Assembly: GCF_006345805.1 (NCBI RefSeq)
Contig: NC_043015.1
Location: forward strand, 17,608,001 to 17,672,000
DNA length: 64,000 nucleotides
Direction of reading: 5' to 3'
DNA from: Octopus sinensis
Taxonomy: Eukaryota
This document shows positions 24,480 through 37,520 of this stretch, piece by piece. Under the pieces are notes generated by a model. That model ran no database searches. It saw nothing but the letters and a program-made list of their open reading frames with translations, and was not told where the DNA came from. Position numbers and translations under genes: made by a program. The first letter of the stretch is position 1. Each line of letters begins with the position of its first letter.

Positions 24480-24905
24480 ATGCTGCAAATCCCTTATTCT
24501 GGTTCGGAAAAAAGGGGCGAGGAATCACAGGAGTTTATATTTTTTGGTTGAATGAATTCCTGTGACCTCCCAATATGTTGCAAAACCCATTTTGAGGTTC
24601 GAAAAATGGGGTGGGCTGAGGTGGAAACCTCGGAAGATTCACCCCCACCCCATTGATCTTTTCACCAGCATGATTTTCATTAAGACAAAAAAAAAGGATT
24701 TTTTGCGTGGAATCAAGTACCCTGACCTCCTAATTAGCTGCAAATCCCTTATTTTGGTTTGGAAAAAGGTGGGTGGGGTGAGGGGAACCCCCTATCCCGG
24801 AATCATTTAAATATTTTTTCGTTGAATGACTTCCTGTGACGTACTAATATGCTACAAAACGGTGGGGTGAGGTGGAAGTCTCGGAAATTTTACCCACTCC
24901 CAACA
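24480..24905. repeat. Interspersed repeat with internal subrepeats (copy 1)
   Basis: GGGGTGAGGTGGAAACCTCGGAA and GCAAATCCCTTATT units; an inverted copy lies at about 29245-29790. Confidence 0.65.
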
Positions 24906-24990
24906 TTTTAGAGAAATAAATTTTCCAGAGTGTGAATTACATGGTTCGTTAATAAATATATATATGTAGTAGAGAATGTGTCATTTATAT

Positions 24991-25055
<65 letters not shown>

Positions 25056-25432
25056 CAACTAAGAAAATGGAGGATAACAATAGGTGGTTCATCAGCTTTT
25101 GGACATTAAAAATGTTAACTTATTAATCTATTAAACTGATAATTATAATAACATACATGCATATAGCATATTATTTTTGCATATAAGATAAGGATACCAG
25201 TAATTATTAAAAACATGAATATAACTTGGGAAAATAACTTACAGCTGTTTCACCCTATAGATTAAAGTACCTTATTCCGACTATATTACTCAAGTGGATT
25301 GAGATAATAGGCAGATGAAAATGAGGTACGTGTATATATGTCTACGCTTCGTCAGAGATTATAAAGTACAAAAGTTAAGTTATAATAATAAATATAAATA
25401 TAAAATAAGCAAAATACACACATTTGAATATA

Positions 25433-25470
<38 letters not shown>

Positions 25471-25552
25471 TATTATATATATATATATTAGATAGATAGA
25501 TAGATAGATAGATACATACATAGATACATACATACATACATACATACATACA

Positions 25553-25585
<33 letters not shown>

Positions 25586-25669
25586 GGTTATACATAATTA
25601 TATATACTGAAATATACATACACATCTACATCCATAAGCACATATAATATTCAGTTATTACTAATATTA

Positions 25670-25875
25670 TCTATATATATAAAACTAAGAATGTGTCTGT
25701 CTGTCTGTGTGAATCCCTAATACTTTCATTCAAATTTTACACATGCCTTATTTAGGGTCCAGGGAGTGTCATGAGCAAAACAATGTTTAACTTCTTGCCT
25801 AGGGCAAGCCCACAGCAATATCATATCTTCTCCACTATTTCAGTCTTACGTGTTAAAAGTGAAACAAAAACATCT
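25670..25875 (+). mobile_element. Non-autonomous Helitron-like 5' fragment
   Basis: Starts TCTATATATATAAAACT..GTCTGTCTG; an inverted homologue lies at 28632-28852. Confidence 0.55.
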
Positions 25876-25940
25876 CTGTATTGTATGTATATGGATGCAT
25901 ATATATACATATATAGATGTATATATATATGGATGAATAT

Positions 25941-26001
<61 letters not shown>

Positions 26002-26002
26002 A

Positions 26003-26065
<63 letters not shown>

Positions 26066-26073
<8 letters not shown>

Positions 26074-26186
26074 ATATTCGGAATGGTCATATTGCCTGTT
26101 TAGCCAATAAAAACACACGCACTATATAGTGCGTGTGTTTTTATTGGCTAAACTGGCAATATGACCATTCCGAAATATAACAATAT
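26066..26186. repeat. Zero-spacer palindrome
   Basis: 49-bp arms 26077-26125 and 26126-26174 with one T-T mismatch; pairing extends about 10 bp further after a 1-nt bulge. Confidence 0.95.
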
Positions 26187-26423
26187 CTGTTTCAACACAC
26201 GACTTCACATAAAAAATCTTGCACAACAAATATTTAAACGTATATATATATATTATATATATATATTATATATATATATATATATATACATGTATATATA
26301 TATATATATAGCTGTATATGTATAGATGTATTTCTATAGATATACATCTGTGTATACATGTATGTCTAGATATATATATATATATATTATATATATATAT
26401 ATATTATATATATATAGATATAT

Positions 26424-26488
<65 letters not shown>

Positions 26489-26528
26489 TAGATAGATAGA
26501 TAGATAGATGTACATGTAATATGTACAT

Positions 26529-26560
<32 letters not shown>

Positions 26561-26644
26561 CACATATATATGCATACATATATACACCCATACTCTCACA
26601 CACACACCCACACACACACACGTACACACACACACACATACATA

Positions 26645-26950
26645 GGTGCAGATGTGGTTGTGTGGGAACAAGCTTGGTTCCAAAACACATGGTCCTCAGT
26701 TCAGTCCCACTGTGTGGTAACTTGGCATCTGTCTTCTGCTATAGCCTCAGACCAAACAAAGCCTTGTCAGTGGATTTTGTTGACAGAAACTGAAAGAAAT
26801 CAATTGTATGTATATGTATGTATATATGTACGTCTATGTGTGTGTCTTTGTGTTTCTCCCTCATCACTGCTTCACAACTGGTGTTCGTTTATTTACATTC
26901 CCATAACTTACTGGTTTCACAAGAAGAAACTGATAGAATAAGTACCAGGC
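26645..26950 (+). mobile_element. SINE family A, diverged
   Basis: Head GGTGCAGATGTGGTTGTGTGGGAACAAGCTTGG..CATGGTCCTCAGTTCAGTCCCACTG; body as at 9953. Confidence 0.65.
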
Positions 26951-27139
26951 TTATCAAAATATAAAAAAGCACTACGCAGTGTCTCATATTTTTGTTTGCC
27001 CACTCAGTTGTATCTATCAATTTATCTTTGTGTGTATGAGTGTGTGTATACATACATACATATATATATATAAGTGGATTTCGTAGACAGGAACTGAAAC
27101 AAATCAATCGTATATATATGTATGTATATATGTAAGTGT

Positions 27140-28252
27140 ATGTGTTTTGGTATTGGCAACATGAATGACAATGGTCAGAGACTATTTGAATTTTGCACAT
27201 ACCATAACCTGTGCATCACTAACACATTCTTCGCCAACAAGACATCCCACAAGGCATCTTGGAGACATCCAAGATCTCACCACTGGCATCAGCTGGATCT
27301 CATCATTACGCGAAGATCCTTTCTGATTCTGTTCAACTGACCCGTAGTTACCACAGCGTGGATTGTGACACAGATCATTCACTAATAAGAAGCAGGGTGA
27401 GGATTCTGCCTAAAAATGTCCATCACTCCAAGAAAATGGGCCGACCACGCATTAACACTACCAGAACCTCGGACGCTACACTGCGACAATGTTTTGCTGT
27501 TTCTATCAATGTTGCCCTCAGTAGCTGCCCAACCCCCTCTGCTGAAAGTAGGTGGAATTACATCAGGGAAGCTTTGTATACCACATCAATAGATACGTTC
27601 GGCATGAGAGAAAGGCAAAACCCAGATTGGTTCAATGCTGGGCTCTCAGAGCTGGAAACAGTTATCGAAGCAAAGCGTGCAGCTCTGATGCAATACAAGA
27701 GGGATTCTTCTACAAAGTCACTCGAAGAACTCAGAAAGGCAAGAAATAAAACCCAACTGACTGCCAGACGCTGTACAAATAGGTATTGGCAGGAAATCTG
27801 TTAGAGTATCCAGTCAGCTGTTGATAGTGGCGACACCCGTGGGATGTATGCCAGTTTGAAGAAGGTCCTCGGTCCATCCGCAACCAAGTCAGCCGCTCTG
27901 AAATCAACTACTGGAGATCTCATCAAGGACCAAAGCAAGCAAATGGATAGATGGGTGGAGTACTACCAGGATCTCTACTCACAGGAGACCACGGTAGCTG
28001 AGGCTGCAATCGAGGGTGTCAAGATATTGCCAGTCATGTGCGAACTTGACAGTCTGCCATGTATAGCAGAACTCACCAAGGCTATTGACTCCCTAGCAAG
28101 TAACAAGGCTCCAGGAAAAGACGGCATCTCCTTAGAGATCATCAAAACCGGCAAAAATACCATCCTGTTTCAGCACCTTCATGAGCTTCTGTGTCAGTGC
28201 TGGGAAGAGGGTACAGTCCCTCAGGAAATGCAGGATGCTAACATCTGCACCT
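27140..28252 (+). mobile_element. RTE-clade LINE fragment (APE C-terminal half to RT start)
   Basis: [58 protein letters not shown] and [17 protein letters not shown]; cut off by a microsatellite. Confidence 0.85.
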
Positions 28253-28447
28253 ATGTATGTGGGGGGGGGGGGTATGTGTGTATGGGTGTATATATGTATG
28301 CATGTATATATGTGTATATATATATGTGTACATATTACATGTACATCTATATATATATATATATATATACATCTAGACATACTTGTATATCTATAGAAAT
28401 ACATCTATACATATACATGTATACACATACAGCTATATATATATACA

Positions 28448-28483
<36 letters not shown>

Positions 28484-28565
28484 GGTCCCGGGTTGAGTCG
28501 GGGTTAACCACAGTAAATAAGGTACTCAATACATAGCAGAGTAAATTAATTTATTATATAGAAGG

Positions 28566-28612
28566 AGCTTCTACAGGACTAGAACTGTTTCATTCAAAAG
28601 AAATCATCAGGA
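28566..28612 (-). ncRNA. Hammerhead-like motif, helix I truncated
   Basis: Minus strand TC-CTGATGA-TTTC(TTTT)GAAT-GAAA-CAG(TTCTAGTC)CTG-TA-GA. Core intact; only 2 bp of helix I remain before a microsatellite. Confidence 0.45.
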
Positions 28613-28631
28613 TACATCCATATACATACAA

Positions 28632-28852
28632 TAGAGAGATGTTTTTGTTTCACTTTTAACACGTAATACTGAAATACTGGAGAAGATATGATATTGCTGT
28701 GGGCAAGAAGTTGAAAATTTTTGCCCATATCACTACATGGACCCTAAGTAAGGCATATGTAAAATTTGAATGAAATTGGTCGTGTAGTTATCAAGTTTTA
28801 GGGAAACACAGATAGACAGACAGACACACATTCACAGTTTTATATATATAGA
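28632..28852 (-). mobile_element. Non-autonomous Helitron-like 5' fragment
   Basis: The minus strand starts TCTATATATATAAAACTGTGAATGTG; homologous to 25670-25875. Confidence 0.55.
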
Positions 28853-29167
28853 TATATAGATAGCAGAGAAAGTGACATTGTTCAGCTTTCTTCCTCCACA
28901 CACACACAAAAATTAGTTTGGGCGTGAAAGAGTTTGAGTTTTTTTCCTAAAACGCTGGTATAAAGCTTGACTACTCGAGCAAAAACGTGTGTTTTGCTGA
29001 CAATTAATCCATTTATTTGACAACAATGAGGTAAGTTGCACTTTGTCAGTGAACTTTTACCTGTCTACATACATATATACACGCTATGATATATATATAC
29101 ACAATATAAATGTCACATTATCTACCATATATATATATATATATACGTACATACATACATACATACA

Positions 29168-29203
<36 letters not shown>

Positions 29204-29244
29204 TATATTTAATAATGAACCATGTAATTCACACTGGAAAATCT

Positions 29245-29790
29245 CTGTAAAATGTTGGGAATGGGTAAAATTTCCGAGGCTTCCACCACACTCCACCCCG
29301 TTTTTCGGACCCCCAAAAGGGTTTTGTAGCATATTAGGAGGTCATAGGAATTCATTCAGTGAAAAATAAGAAAATTTCCAATGATTCCAGGACGGAGGGT
29401 GACCCCCCACCTCCTTCCGAACACCAAAATAAGAGATTTGCAGTGTATTAGGAGGTCAGGGTACTTGATTCCACGCAAAAATCCGATTTTTTTATTTAGT
29501 GAAAATCGTGGTGGTGAAAATATCAATGGGAGTGGGGTGAGGGGAAATTTCCGAGGCTTCCACCTCACCACTCCCCGTTTTTCGAACCCCAAAAAGGGCT
29601 TTTCCGCATATTAGGGCACAGGAATTCATTCAACGAAAAAGTATAAACTCCTGTGATTCCTGGACTGGGGTTCCCCCTCGCCCCTTTTTTCCGAACCAAA
29701 ATAAGGGATTTGCAGCATATTAGGAGGTCAAGGTACTTAATTCCACGCAAAAATCCGAGTTTTTTTTTCTTACTGAAAATCGCGCGGGTG
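29245..29790. repeat. Interspersed repeat with internal subrepeats (copy 2, inverted)
   Basis: Reverse-complement homology to 24480-24905. Confidence 0.65.
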
Positions 29791-29793
29791 TTA

Positions 29794-31037
29794 CGAGGGA
29801 CGTTCAATAAGTAATGCCCCTGACCCACTTGCAGTTGTTTGATCTAGCTGAAATTTTGCATGTGCAATTATTCATATCTTTATAGATTAAATGGCGAATT
29901 ACAGCTCTGTGGTTTCTGATGTACAGGTGTTTGAACTGAGTCAAGTGTGAAATGGAGCCTGTTGAGTGTCGAGCAGTGGTCCGGTTTTTGTATTTGAAAG
30001 GACGCACACCACGGGAGACTTTTGATGAAATGAAAGTAACTTATGGTGATGATGCCCCATCATATGACCTTGTAAAACGCTGGCATCGTGAATTCAAACA
30101 TGGTCGGAACTCTGTGGAAACAGCTCCCAGATCTGGTCGCCCCCTTCTGCCATTGATGAGGCATCTATCCGTCAAGTTGAGGCTGCCATTTTGGAAGATC
30201 GACGCATAACTATTCGCCAAATAGCCCATGAGGTCAAGATTAGTACCGGGTCTGTGGAAACTATCATTCATGACCATTTGCATATGCAAAAGGTGTCTGC
30301 CAGATGGATTCCCAGGCTGCTCACACCTTTCCAGAAGCAAGAACGCGTCGAGTGCTCGAGGATGAATTTGGAGATGTGCCAAGAAGATGAGTCAAAATTT
30401 TTCAAATGATTCAGAGACCAAAGCCCAGTCAATGCAGTGGAAGCACCGTGACTCACCTCCTCTAAAGAAGGCAAGGGTTCAGCCCTCCGCTGGCAAGGTC
30501 ATGCTCACAGTCTTCTGGGACCAGGACGGAGTAGTGATGACAGATTTCCTGGCAAAGGGTACCACAATTAGAGGAGCCTATTATCCTTCACTTTTGAGGA
30601 AATTAAGAGAAGCTTTCAAAATCAAGAGGCGGGGCAAGATCAGCAAAGGCATCCTCCTCCTGCAGGACAACGCTCCGGTCCACAACTCGCGTCTCGCCAG
30701 ATCAGAAGCACAGGTGTGCGGCTATGAACTCCTCCCCCATCCCCCCTACTCTCCTCACCTTGCACCCTCTGATTTTCACCTCCTCCCAGCCATGAAGTTG
30801 TTTTTGAAAGGAAAGCGTTTCCCAGATGATGCAGCCTTGATTTCTGAAGTCACGTCGTAGTTGGAGGACCAAGCTGGGGTCTTCTACAAAAACGGTCTCC
30901 AAAGCTGCATCAAACGATGGGAGAAATGCGTAACTCTGGATGGTTCCTATGTAGAAAAGACTAATAACTGTGCCAAGTTTCGTTGCTCTACTGCTATGGG
31001 AAGTGGATCAGGGACATTACTTATTGAACGCCCCTCG
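29794..31037 (+). mobile_element. Mariner element, full ends, defective transposase
   Basis: ~37-bp TIRs CGAGGG(A/G)CGTTCAATAAGTAATG and TA on both sides. MEPVECRAVVRFL..PRSGRP, SARWIPRLL, LLQDNAPVH and HPPYSPHLAPSDFHL. Frameshifts and a deletion over the first catalytic D. Confidence 0.95.
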
Positions 31038-31399
31038 TACACAAAAAATTTACCAAATTTTATTTATTTTTTAACGGTTTTGCGTTTTTCTGTTGTTAAC
31101 GATTTTTTCTGGTTCCTTCGATAATGGCTGTTTGGTTCACTGGCAAATTTCGTTTGAACCCGTACAATTCTTTATTTTCCGTAAAAATTTCTTATTTACT
31201 TTCTGCTCGTCGTATTAAGAATTATATTTTCCGTTACCCAGTTATTTTCATTGTTTACTATCTATCTTCTGCACCCGTTTATTTCTGTATACGTATATAC
31301 CCATTCTTAGAAGGAAAGTGTCAAATTTGTTTACAATGCCAAGGTCAGCCAAAAGATTGTGTCTGTCCAGGGAAAGAGACCCAGCTGCAAAACGGGAAG

Positions 31400-31870
31400 C
31401 ATGCCAAAATCGAGCAGGCTGTGCACTACAAAAGCCAGAACATCTCAAAGTGATGAACAGAGGTTTGCACGGCTGACAAGAAATAGGATCTCCACTGCAG
31501 AACGAAGAGCAGTTGAAACAGCTCAGAGAAGCAACTTCTATGAAGCAGCTTTCAATTATGATCCAGCAGTTCATTATGCAGATGACACTAGAGTTTCCAT
31601 TGGTGCAATGACATTGTAGAGCAAGGAAGTGGCCTGGAGAGACACTTGCACTGTGCTTCAGTTGTGGAAAAGTTAAACTCCCTGCAATCCCCCAAGATTC
31701 CAAGCACTTCCAAAACAAAATTAGAAGTACAACGCTGCACTACAGATGACATCATTTGGAGCCACAAGAGATTTAACTGAGAGCATTCATACAAACTTTC
31801 AAGATCCAAGGTCATATTTATCATCGGATTGGCTCTTTACTACCTCCGTCATTTGAATCACCAAAATCGG
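31400..31870 (+). pseudogene. Helitron Rep/helicase N-terminal remnant
   Basis: AFNYDP..VSIGAM, WPGETL..CGKVKLP, FQNKIR and TFKIQGHIYHRIGSLLP. A Helitron-like 3' end (CCCGGGAAACACTGGG..TTAG) lies near 32119-32150. Confidence 0.75.
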
Positions 31871-32149
31871 CCTTTCATTGTTTATAATCTGTACCTGCTT
31901 TTTTGGTTACGAAATAAGCTGCTCAAAACGTTTGTGAATTACATGTATTTACTTTATATACATATATGAGTTGAAAACTTTCTTTTAGCATTTCACTTAA
32001 CGTCTATGTTCCATGCTGTCATGGGTTGGAGAGTTATTAATGTAGAAAGTTGGTATCTCAGCTACTAGCAGTTGAGACCTGCGTAATCTAGACGGCGTTT
32101 TTAAATTTCTTTATTCTCTTTAACCCGGGAAACACTGGGTATTTCTGTT

Positions 32150-33002
32150 AGTATCTGATATTCATCTACACAGAAGTTGCACCTAGTATCATTAACTTTG
32201 TACGATCTAGCATGACTGAGTATTTTCCAATTTATGTCGTATGATTTCTTACTGTCCTTCAATTTACAAATTAGTTTATTTAGACTAGTACTCTTAATCC
32301 TACCTCTATTCCTAAAGGTGTACTCATGGTTTGCAATTCGATTTTTAATAAACTTTTCCGTTGATCCTATGTAAAAATAATTTTTACGTTCTAAATCAAC
32401 CCTACATCTATATGCAATGTTGTTTTGTAAACAAAAATTATTAAAATAACATTTATCTTTATATCTACAGTCAGAATTTCTAGCTGGATTATTCGCTGTA
32501 ATAGGTTTATTATTTCTATTATTGCAAAAATTATCTAATCATTTATTATTAAAGGAAGAGATAATTCTAAACAAAGTTTTAGATACTGAAAAACCTATTC
32601 TAATCCTTTTATTATTGATTATTTTATTATATTTATGTTCTTTATTAAAGTGCTTAGATATAAATCTGTAAAAAAGATTGACCAAATTCGTTTTTATTTG
32701 CCATGCGTAAGGAATAATAAACCAGCAATAATTATGTTTTACTATTGTTAATCATATCATTACTACTTACAATTTTAAGGGCATCATTATAATATACGGC
32801 ATTATTATTAAAGATTTCCTCATTAGAGGATGAATAAGAAACACGTCTCGAAATATTATTAACTAAAGTTCTTGCGATTACTTTAGGATGGTTACTGTTA
32901 AAGTTGATATAATTCAAATTATTGTTGGGTTTATGATACGGACTGTATAAGCCAGTAACAAGCTTCAGATTAACATCTAGGTAATTAACTGAATCATGTT
33001 CA
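32150..33002 (-). mobile_element. Decayed Penelope-like element, RT thumb plus GIY-YIG part
   Basis: Minus strand EHDSVNYLDVNL..YHKPNNNLNYINFNSNHP, DCRYKDKC..IAYRCRV..FYIGSTEKFIKNRIANH..INWKIL..CNFC. Confidence 0.8.
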
Positions 33003-33451
33003 TCTGTATATAAGGCAGGATGTGTGTGTGTGTGTGTGAGAGTGTGTGTGTGTGTGTGTGTGTACGTGAATGTAGTTTATGCACATCCACAAATTAGCAC
33101 GCATGTCGCTCAAATTTTAGGACATTCATCACGATTCTAGCTGTATTTTCGTCAAATTATTTTCCCCCGAGGTATCCACGAATAGCGGTAAATAATTTTG
33201 AACCATAACTTCTAACAATTTTTACGGCGGAGAAATTCACCATTGTTTACAAACCAAACATAAGTTAAGTCCCCTCCTAGCGATGGTGTAAAGAGAGAGA
33301 TTTTTAAAATTTCGTCTTTTTACTGAGTGATTGATAGGCAAAAACAGACAGACAGGTGTGGTTATGTATGTATGGCTTCAGGCACACACACACACATACA
33401 AGCATGTATGCGAACAAAACACATGTATACAATGTGTGTGTGTGTTGCCCG

Positions 33452-33512
<61 letters not shown>

Positions 33513-34720
33513 ATGAACGATATTCTCCGTTTCTCCACAACTAATTTCCAAATTAGCTGAATCCGTTGCTCTACTCATAGCGATTTATAGCTGGTCATGC
33601 GTGAACATGGGAGAGAGCAGAGGTTACCAGAGCAAACGACCTACGTGTTGACTGTAGATACGCTCCTTCGCAAACGATCAGCCATTACTTTGTAAACAAT
33701 GTTTCGAAACTGTTCGTGTTTTCAAAACGAGAGATATGACTCTTACATCTCTCACATCTCTGCGGGAGAAGGTAGGCTTCTCTATTCCTGTTACATTTCC
33801 AGGTGCCAAATTTGCTTCAATTGATGATATTATTCGGGTAGGAGGTGGTGATGGGACAGTGGCAGGAGCAAAGGCGTGCAAAAACATGTATTCAATAGGT
33901 GTATGTACGTATATTTGTGTGTGTGTGTGTGTGTGTGTATGTGTGTGCGTGCGTGCGTGTGTGTTGCCCATATATATATATACTTAATTGTGATCTGAAC
34001 ATAACCGCTTCTCACACAGAGGATCGGGGGCCCTTTTGGGCGTTCTATTTTCCTTGCTGGAAGGGTTCTCAACCCATGGGTAAAGTGGGGTTACATGATG
34101 GGGGTGGTATTTTCAAAAGGGTTGGGATATGCAACCTGATCACCTCTGCCAATCAAACTCCCAACCCATGCGCTCCCGTCACGACACTGATTCTGCAGAA
34201 CTGGATTGGGTATGAAAACCAACTTTAAAGTATAAATATAGATGTTTTTGAATCAGCAATGTTTGGTTAAGTCCTATTTGGGGTGAAAAATTAATGACCT
34301 GATTCCTTATGTGGTTTTCCATTTAATCAGGATAAAAAAAAATCGATAAACCGATTCCTTATAGAACTTCCCACTAAAATTGTTTACACCCCATTTTCAA
34401 CCATAACGTCTACCAATTTTGATGTATTTTGTTCAAACTTGATGCCAGCATTACTTAGGACTCATGGGATCTTTGAATGCTTTAAGTTCTCCAAAAACGA
34501 AAAAAAAAAAACAATCGCTGAGTGGGAAAAAATCGATAAACCGATTCCTTATGGGATTTCCCAATCAAATTGTCTGCAAAATTTCAGCCAAAAGTTTACC
34601 AATTTCAACGGATTTCACTCAAATTTGACGTCGATGTTACTTAGTTTGCTTTGAAATAAAGAGCTTGATTAGCTTAATAATTCTAACCTAATCCTGAGCA
34701 AAGCCGAGCTATACTGCTAG
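33003..34720 (+). mobile_element. Non-autonomous Helitron (1718 bp) inserted in the Penelope-like element
   Basis: Starts TCTGTATATAAGG and ends GAGCAAAGCCGAGCTATACTGCTAG. It sits at A|T with no TSD. Removing it rejoins GLL-IENEHDSVNYLDV (one 1-nt frameshift). Confidence 0.65.
33525..33880 (-). pseudogene. Helitron PIF1-like helicase C-terminal remnant
   Basis: Minus strand LSPMFTHDQL*IAMSRATDSANLEI..TENIV resembles the PVFSHGQLYVAxSRV..TxNIV motif. Upstream TRII..IEANLAPG is a weaker match. Confidence 0.55.
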
Positions 34721-35229
34721 TTTTCTATAAAGCAAACCTTTAAAAAAAGATATGGAATTTTCCATATATAGGTTCAGTTTTCTATTGGATTGACTATTAA
34801 TCAAAAGTAGTGCATCATTTCTATAGAGCCTACCTTTAATGTCTGGAAATTCATTATGGAAATGATGTGATATGTATATACCTATTAAGTCAGTAACCTG
34901 GGTGGAATCGGCGGAACCCATGGTTATCTCAAAATATTCACTGGTATTTTTTCTGACCCAGTACTTGTTATCAAATAAAATAATGGACTTCCTAGCTTCC
35001 AAAATAACTTTAATTTCTCTTAAATTGAGGTTAGAATGTTCCCTAGCAAATATAAGTGCACTATTTAGCACAATGGGATTAATAGCAGAATAATAATTAT
35101 TAATATCGAACTGAATGAATTTACTTCCATTTTTATTATCTAATTTATCAAACCAACTAACTACCAGAGATCTAGTTTTAATATTTCCTTAAGTTTAGGT
35201 CTATACTTATCTAGAATAATTTTACTTAA

Positions 35230-35230
<1 letters not shown>
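34721..35230 (-). mobile_element. Decayed Penelope-like element, RT core part (continuation of 32150-33002)
   Basis: ILEARKSIILFDNKYWVRK, TMGSADSTQVTDLIG and LYRNDALL. Confidence 0.8.
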
Positions 35231-35296
<66 letters not shown>

Positions 35297-35365
35297 GAAT
35301 AAGAACCACACTCTCAAGTGTAGACCAGTAAAGTATTAAAGTAATAAAGTTAATGCCTGGTCATA

Positions 35366-35425
35366 GAGTCACCAATAGTTTCGCATCCACGAAAGCTGTA
35401 GTTTTGTAGACAACTCATCAGACTC
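35366..35425 (-). ncRNA. Type I hammerhead motif in the inverted pLTR
   Basis: Minus strand GAGT-CTGATGA-GTTGTCTAC..GTGGATGC-GAAA-CTATTGG-TG-ACTC. Core intact but the cleavage nucleotide is G. Confidence 0.6.
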
Positions 35426-37520
35426 ATCATCCGAAGACAAAATTAATTCTTCACCTCTCGGAGGAGGAAAGTTGTTACTGCTCTACCCTTTAGACTGTGC
35501 TTCTTATTCGGATATATGACACATTGACATTCCATCTGCAACCCGGACACAGAGTGACTTTCGGAACCCACTACACCTTGCGCTTGTGCATATTCACGAT
35601 TACCGCAACATCTCGGAGAACATGGAACGTTACAATATTGGTTATTCTCCAAAGAATATCCCGACACCTTCCAACACGGTCTTTGCGAAAATGCTGCTAG
35701 AGAAAATAATAGACATCATACGGCGTATGAGGAAAGTGTATTTCTACGATCAAAACACGTCACCCTCAGAGGCCAACACATACGGAAACAGATGTAGGAG
35801 GTTCCTACTCACAGTCGAAGAGTTCGAAGCCTTCAAAGCAGACCTACTGGACATCATACCCAAGCTAAGATTCCATAAGTCTTCTTCCTCTTTTCAACGC
35901 AAACTCCGTAAAGACATACAAAAAATAAAAAGTTCCGACGGGTCCTTAACCTTCTCGGGTAAGACTAAGAATATATACAGGATAGATACAGACACTTACG
36001 ATAAATTCTTAGACAATTTTATTACACAAAAATGCAGGCGCGCTTCCCTGAACAGATATAATAACATTAACTGTGAAACCAAACAGATAGCAATTAACCT
36101 AGGAATAGCGGATAGGGTAGATATTTTAGCCAAGCGAAATGCCTTCATCACAATAAAAGACCACAAGCCAAACTTTGCCTCTAACCCCAAATGCCACCTG
36201 ATCAACCCGACAAAATCCGAGATCGGCCAGGCTAGCAAGCATATACTGCGGAAGATTAATGACGGCAAAGGGAGAGCCTCCGACCTCTCTCTCTATGGCG
36301 CAGCACTAAAGAGGTGGCCTTATGGTTTAATGCCAACCAGGGGAAGGACAGAGCAAGGTTCAAACAATTTGACACAGTCGATTTTTATCCGTCGATATCA
36401 AAAGGGTTGTTGGTGAAGGCACTTTCACTTGCTAAGGGCATCACAGATATTAGCGATAGAGATATAGACGTTATCATACATGCCAGGAAGATGATGCTGT
36501 TCAATAAAGATTCAACGTGGGTCAAACAATCTGAACCCGAGGGTTCTTTGATGTGGCAATGGGAGCCTACGACTGCGCCGACATATGTGACCTAATTGGA
36601 CTATTCATCCTGGAAAACTTAAGGAAGAAATTCCCTTCAGTCCTCTCCAGTCTCTACAAGGATGACGCTCTAATCATCTCTAGAGCAGTCAACGATAGGC
36701 TTAGAAAGGACCTGATTAGTGCCCTAGGCTCCATGGGACTCATAATCCTAGATGTCACTCTAGACTTGGGATCTGGTACACACAGGCTCTATCAAAGAGA
36801 GGCTGTCTTATATTAACACAGCCTCCTACCACCCACTATTGTGTTCAAGAACCTAGTGAAGGGTGTGAGCAAGAAGATCTCTAGTGAAGATATCTTCGAC
36901 AACGATGCCCCCTCCAACAACGAGGCACTGACATCCAGCGGGTTAGCACTGCTGGAACGTGGTTTCGTTGGCCCCACCTTTCTCACTCAAAGTCAAGACT
37001 TGTGTGAGAAGGTTATTCCTCTGATTAATAAACAAACACTTCATGCAGACGCACAGATTCAAACATTTATTCAAGAGGCACAACTTAAGGGTCTCCTTTA
37101 GTTATGCACCTAACAGGGAAAGTTTATTAGCTAACACCCATAAAGCAATGGGATGAGGCAGGTTGTTCTTGCAGGGTGTACAATGATTGTCCAGTGGGAG
37201 GCCAATGCGAGGCCGAGGGAGTCATCTATGAAGCTGTGGTGACACCAAGGCCTAGCGACCACAGTAATAGCAGCAACGGATCATCCAACAACATCGACAG
37301 CATTGGAGGCAACGACAGCGGTAGAAACATCAGTACTGACGCCAACGACCCCAGTACCAGCGCTACGGACAGAGAAGATGACCATATCGACACCTGTGGC
37401 GACAGTGAAGTTACCGGTCCCACACCCAACATTACCATCCGCGGTACCCCATTACCACCGGCAGCAACGACTACCACAACGATAGCAACCACAGCGACAG
37501 CAACCACAGCCGCATCGCCT

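Noticed and set aside
25230-25300. Minus-strand GAAACAGCTGTA with palindromic helix III
   Set aside because: No CUGANGA (reads TTGAGTA) and helix I is unconvincing.
28990-29036. Perfect donor GAG|GTAAGT at 29031
   Set aside because: All three frames hit stops within about 30 bp upstream and no acceptor lies between; not supportable as a coding exon.
33658-33900. 80-codon + strand frame with AG/GT boundaries and a GGDGT (kinase-like) motif, as a host exon
   Set aside because: It lies inside a block that behaves as one Helitron insertion, and the opposite strand resembles Helitron helicase. A five-residue motif alone is weak. It is kept only as a possible exonisation.
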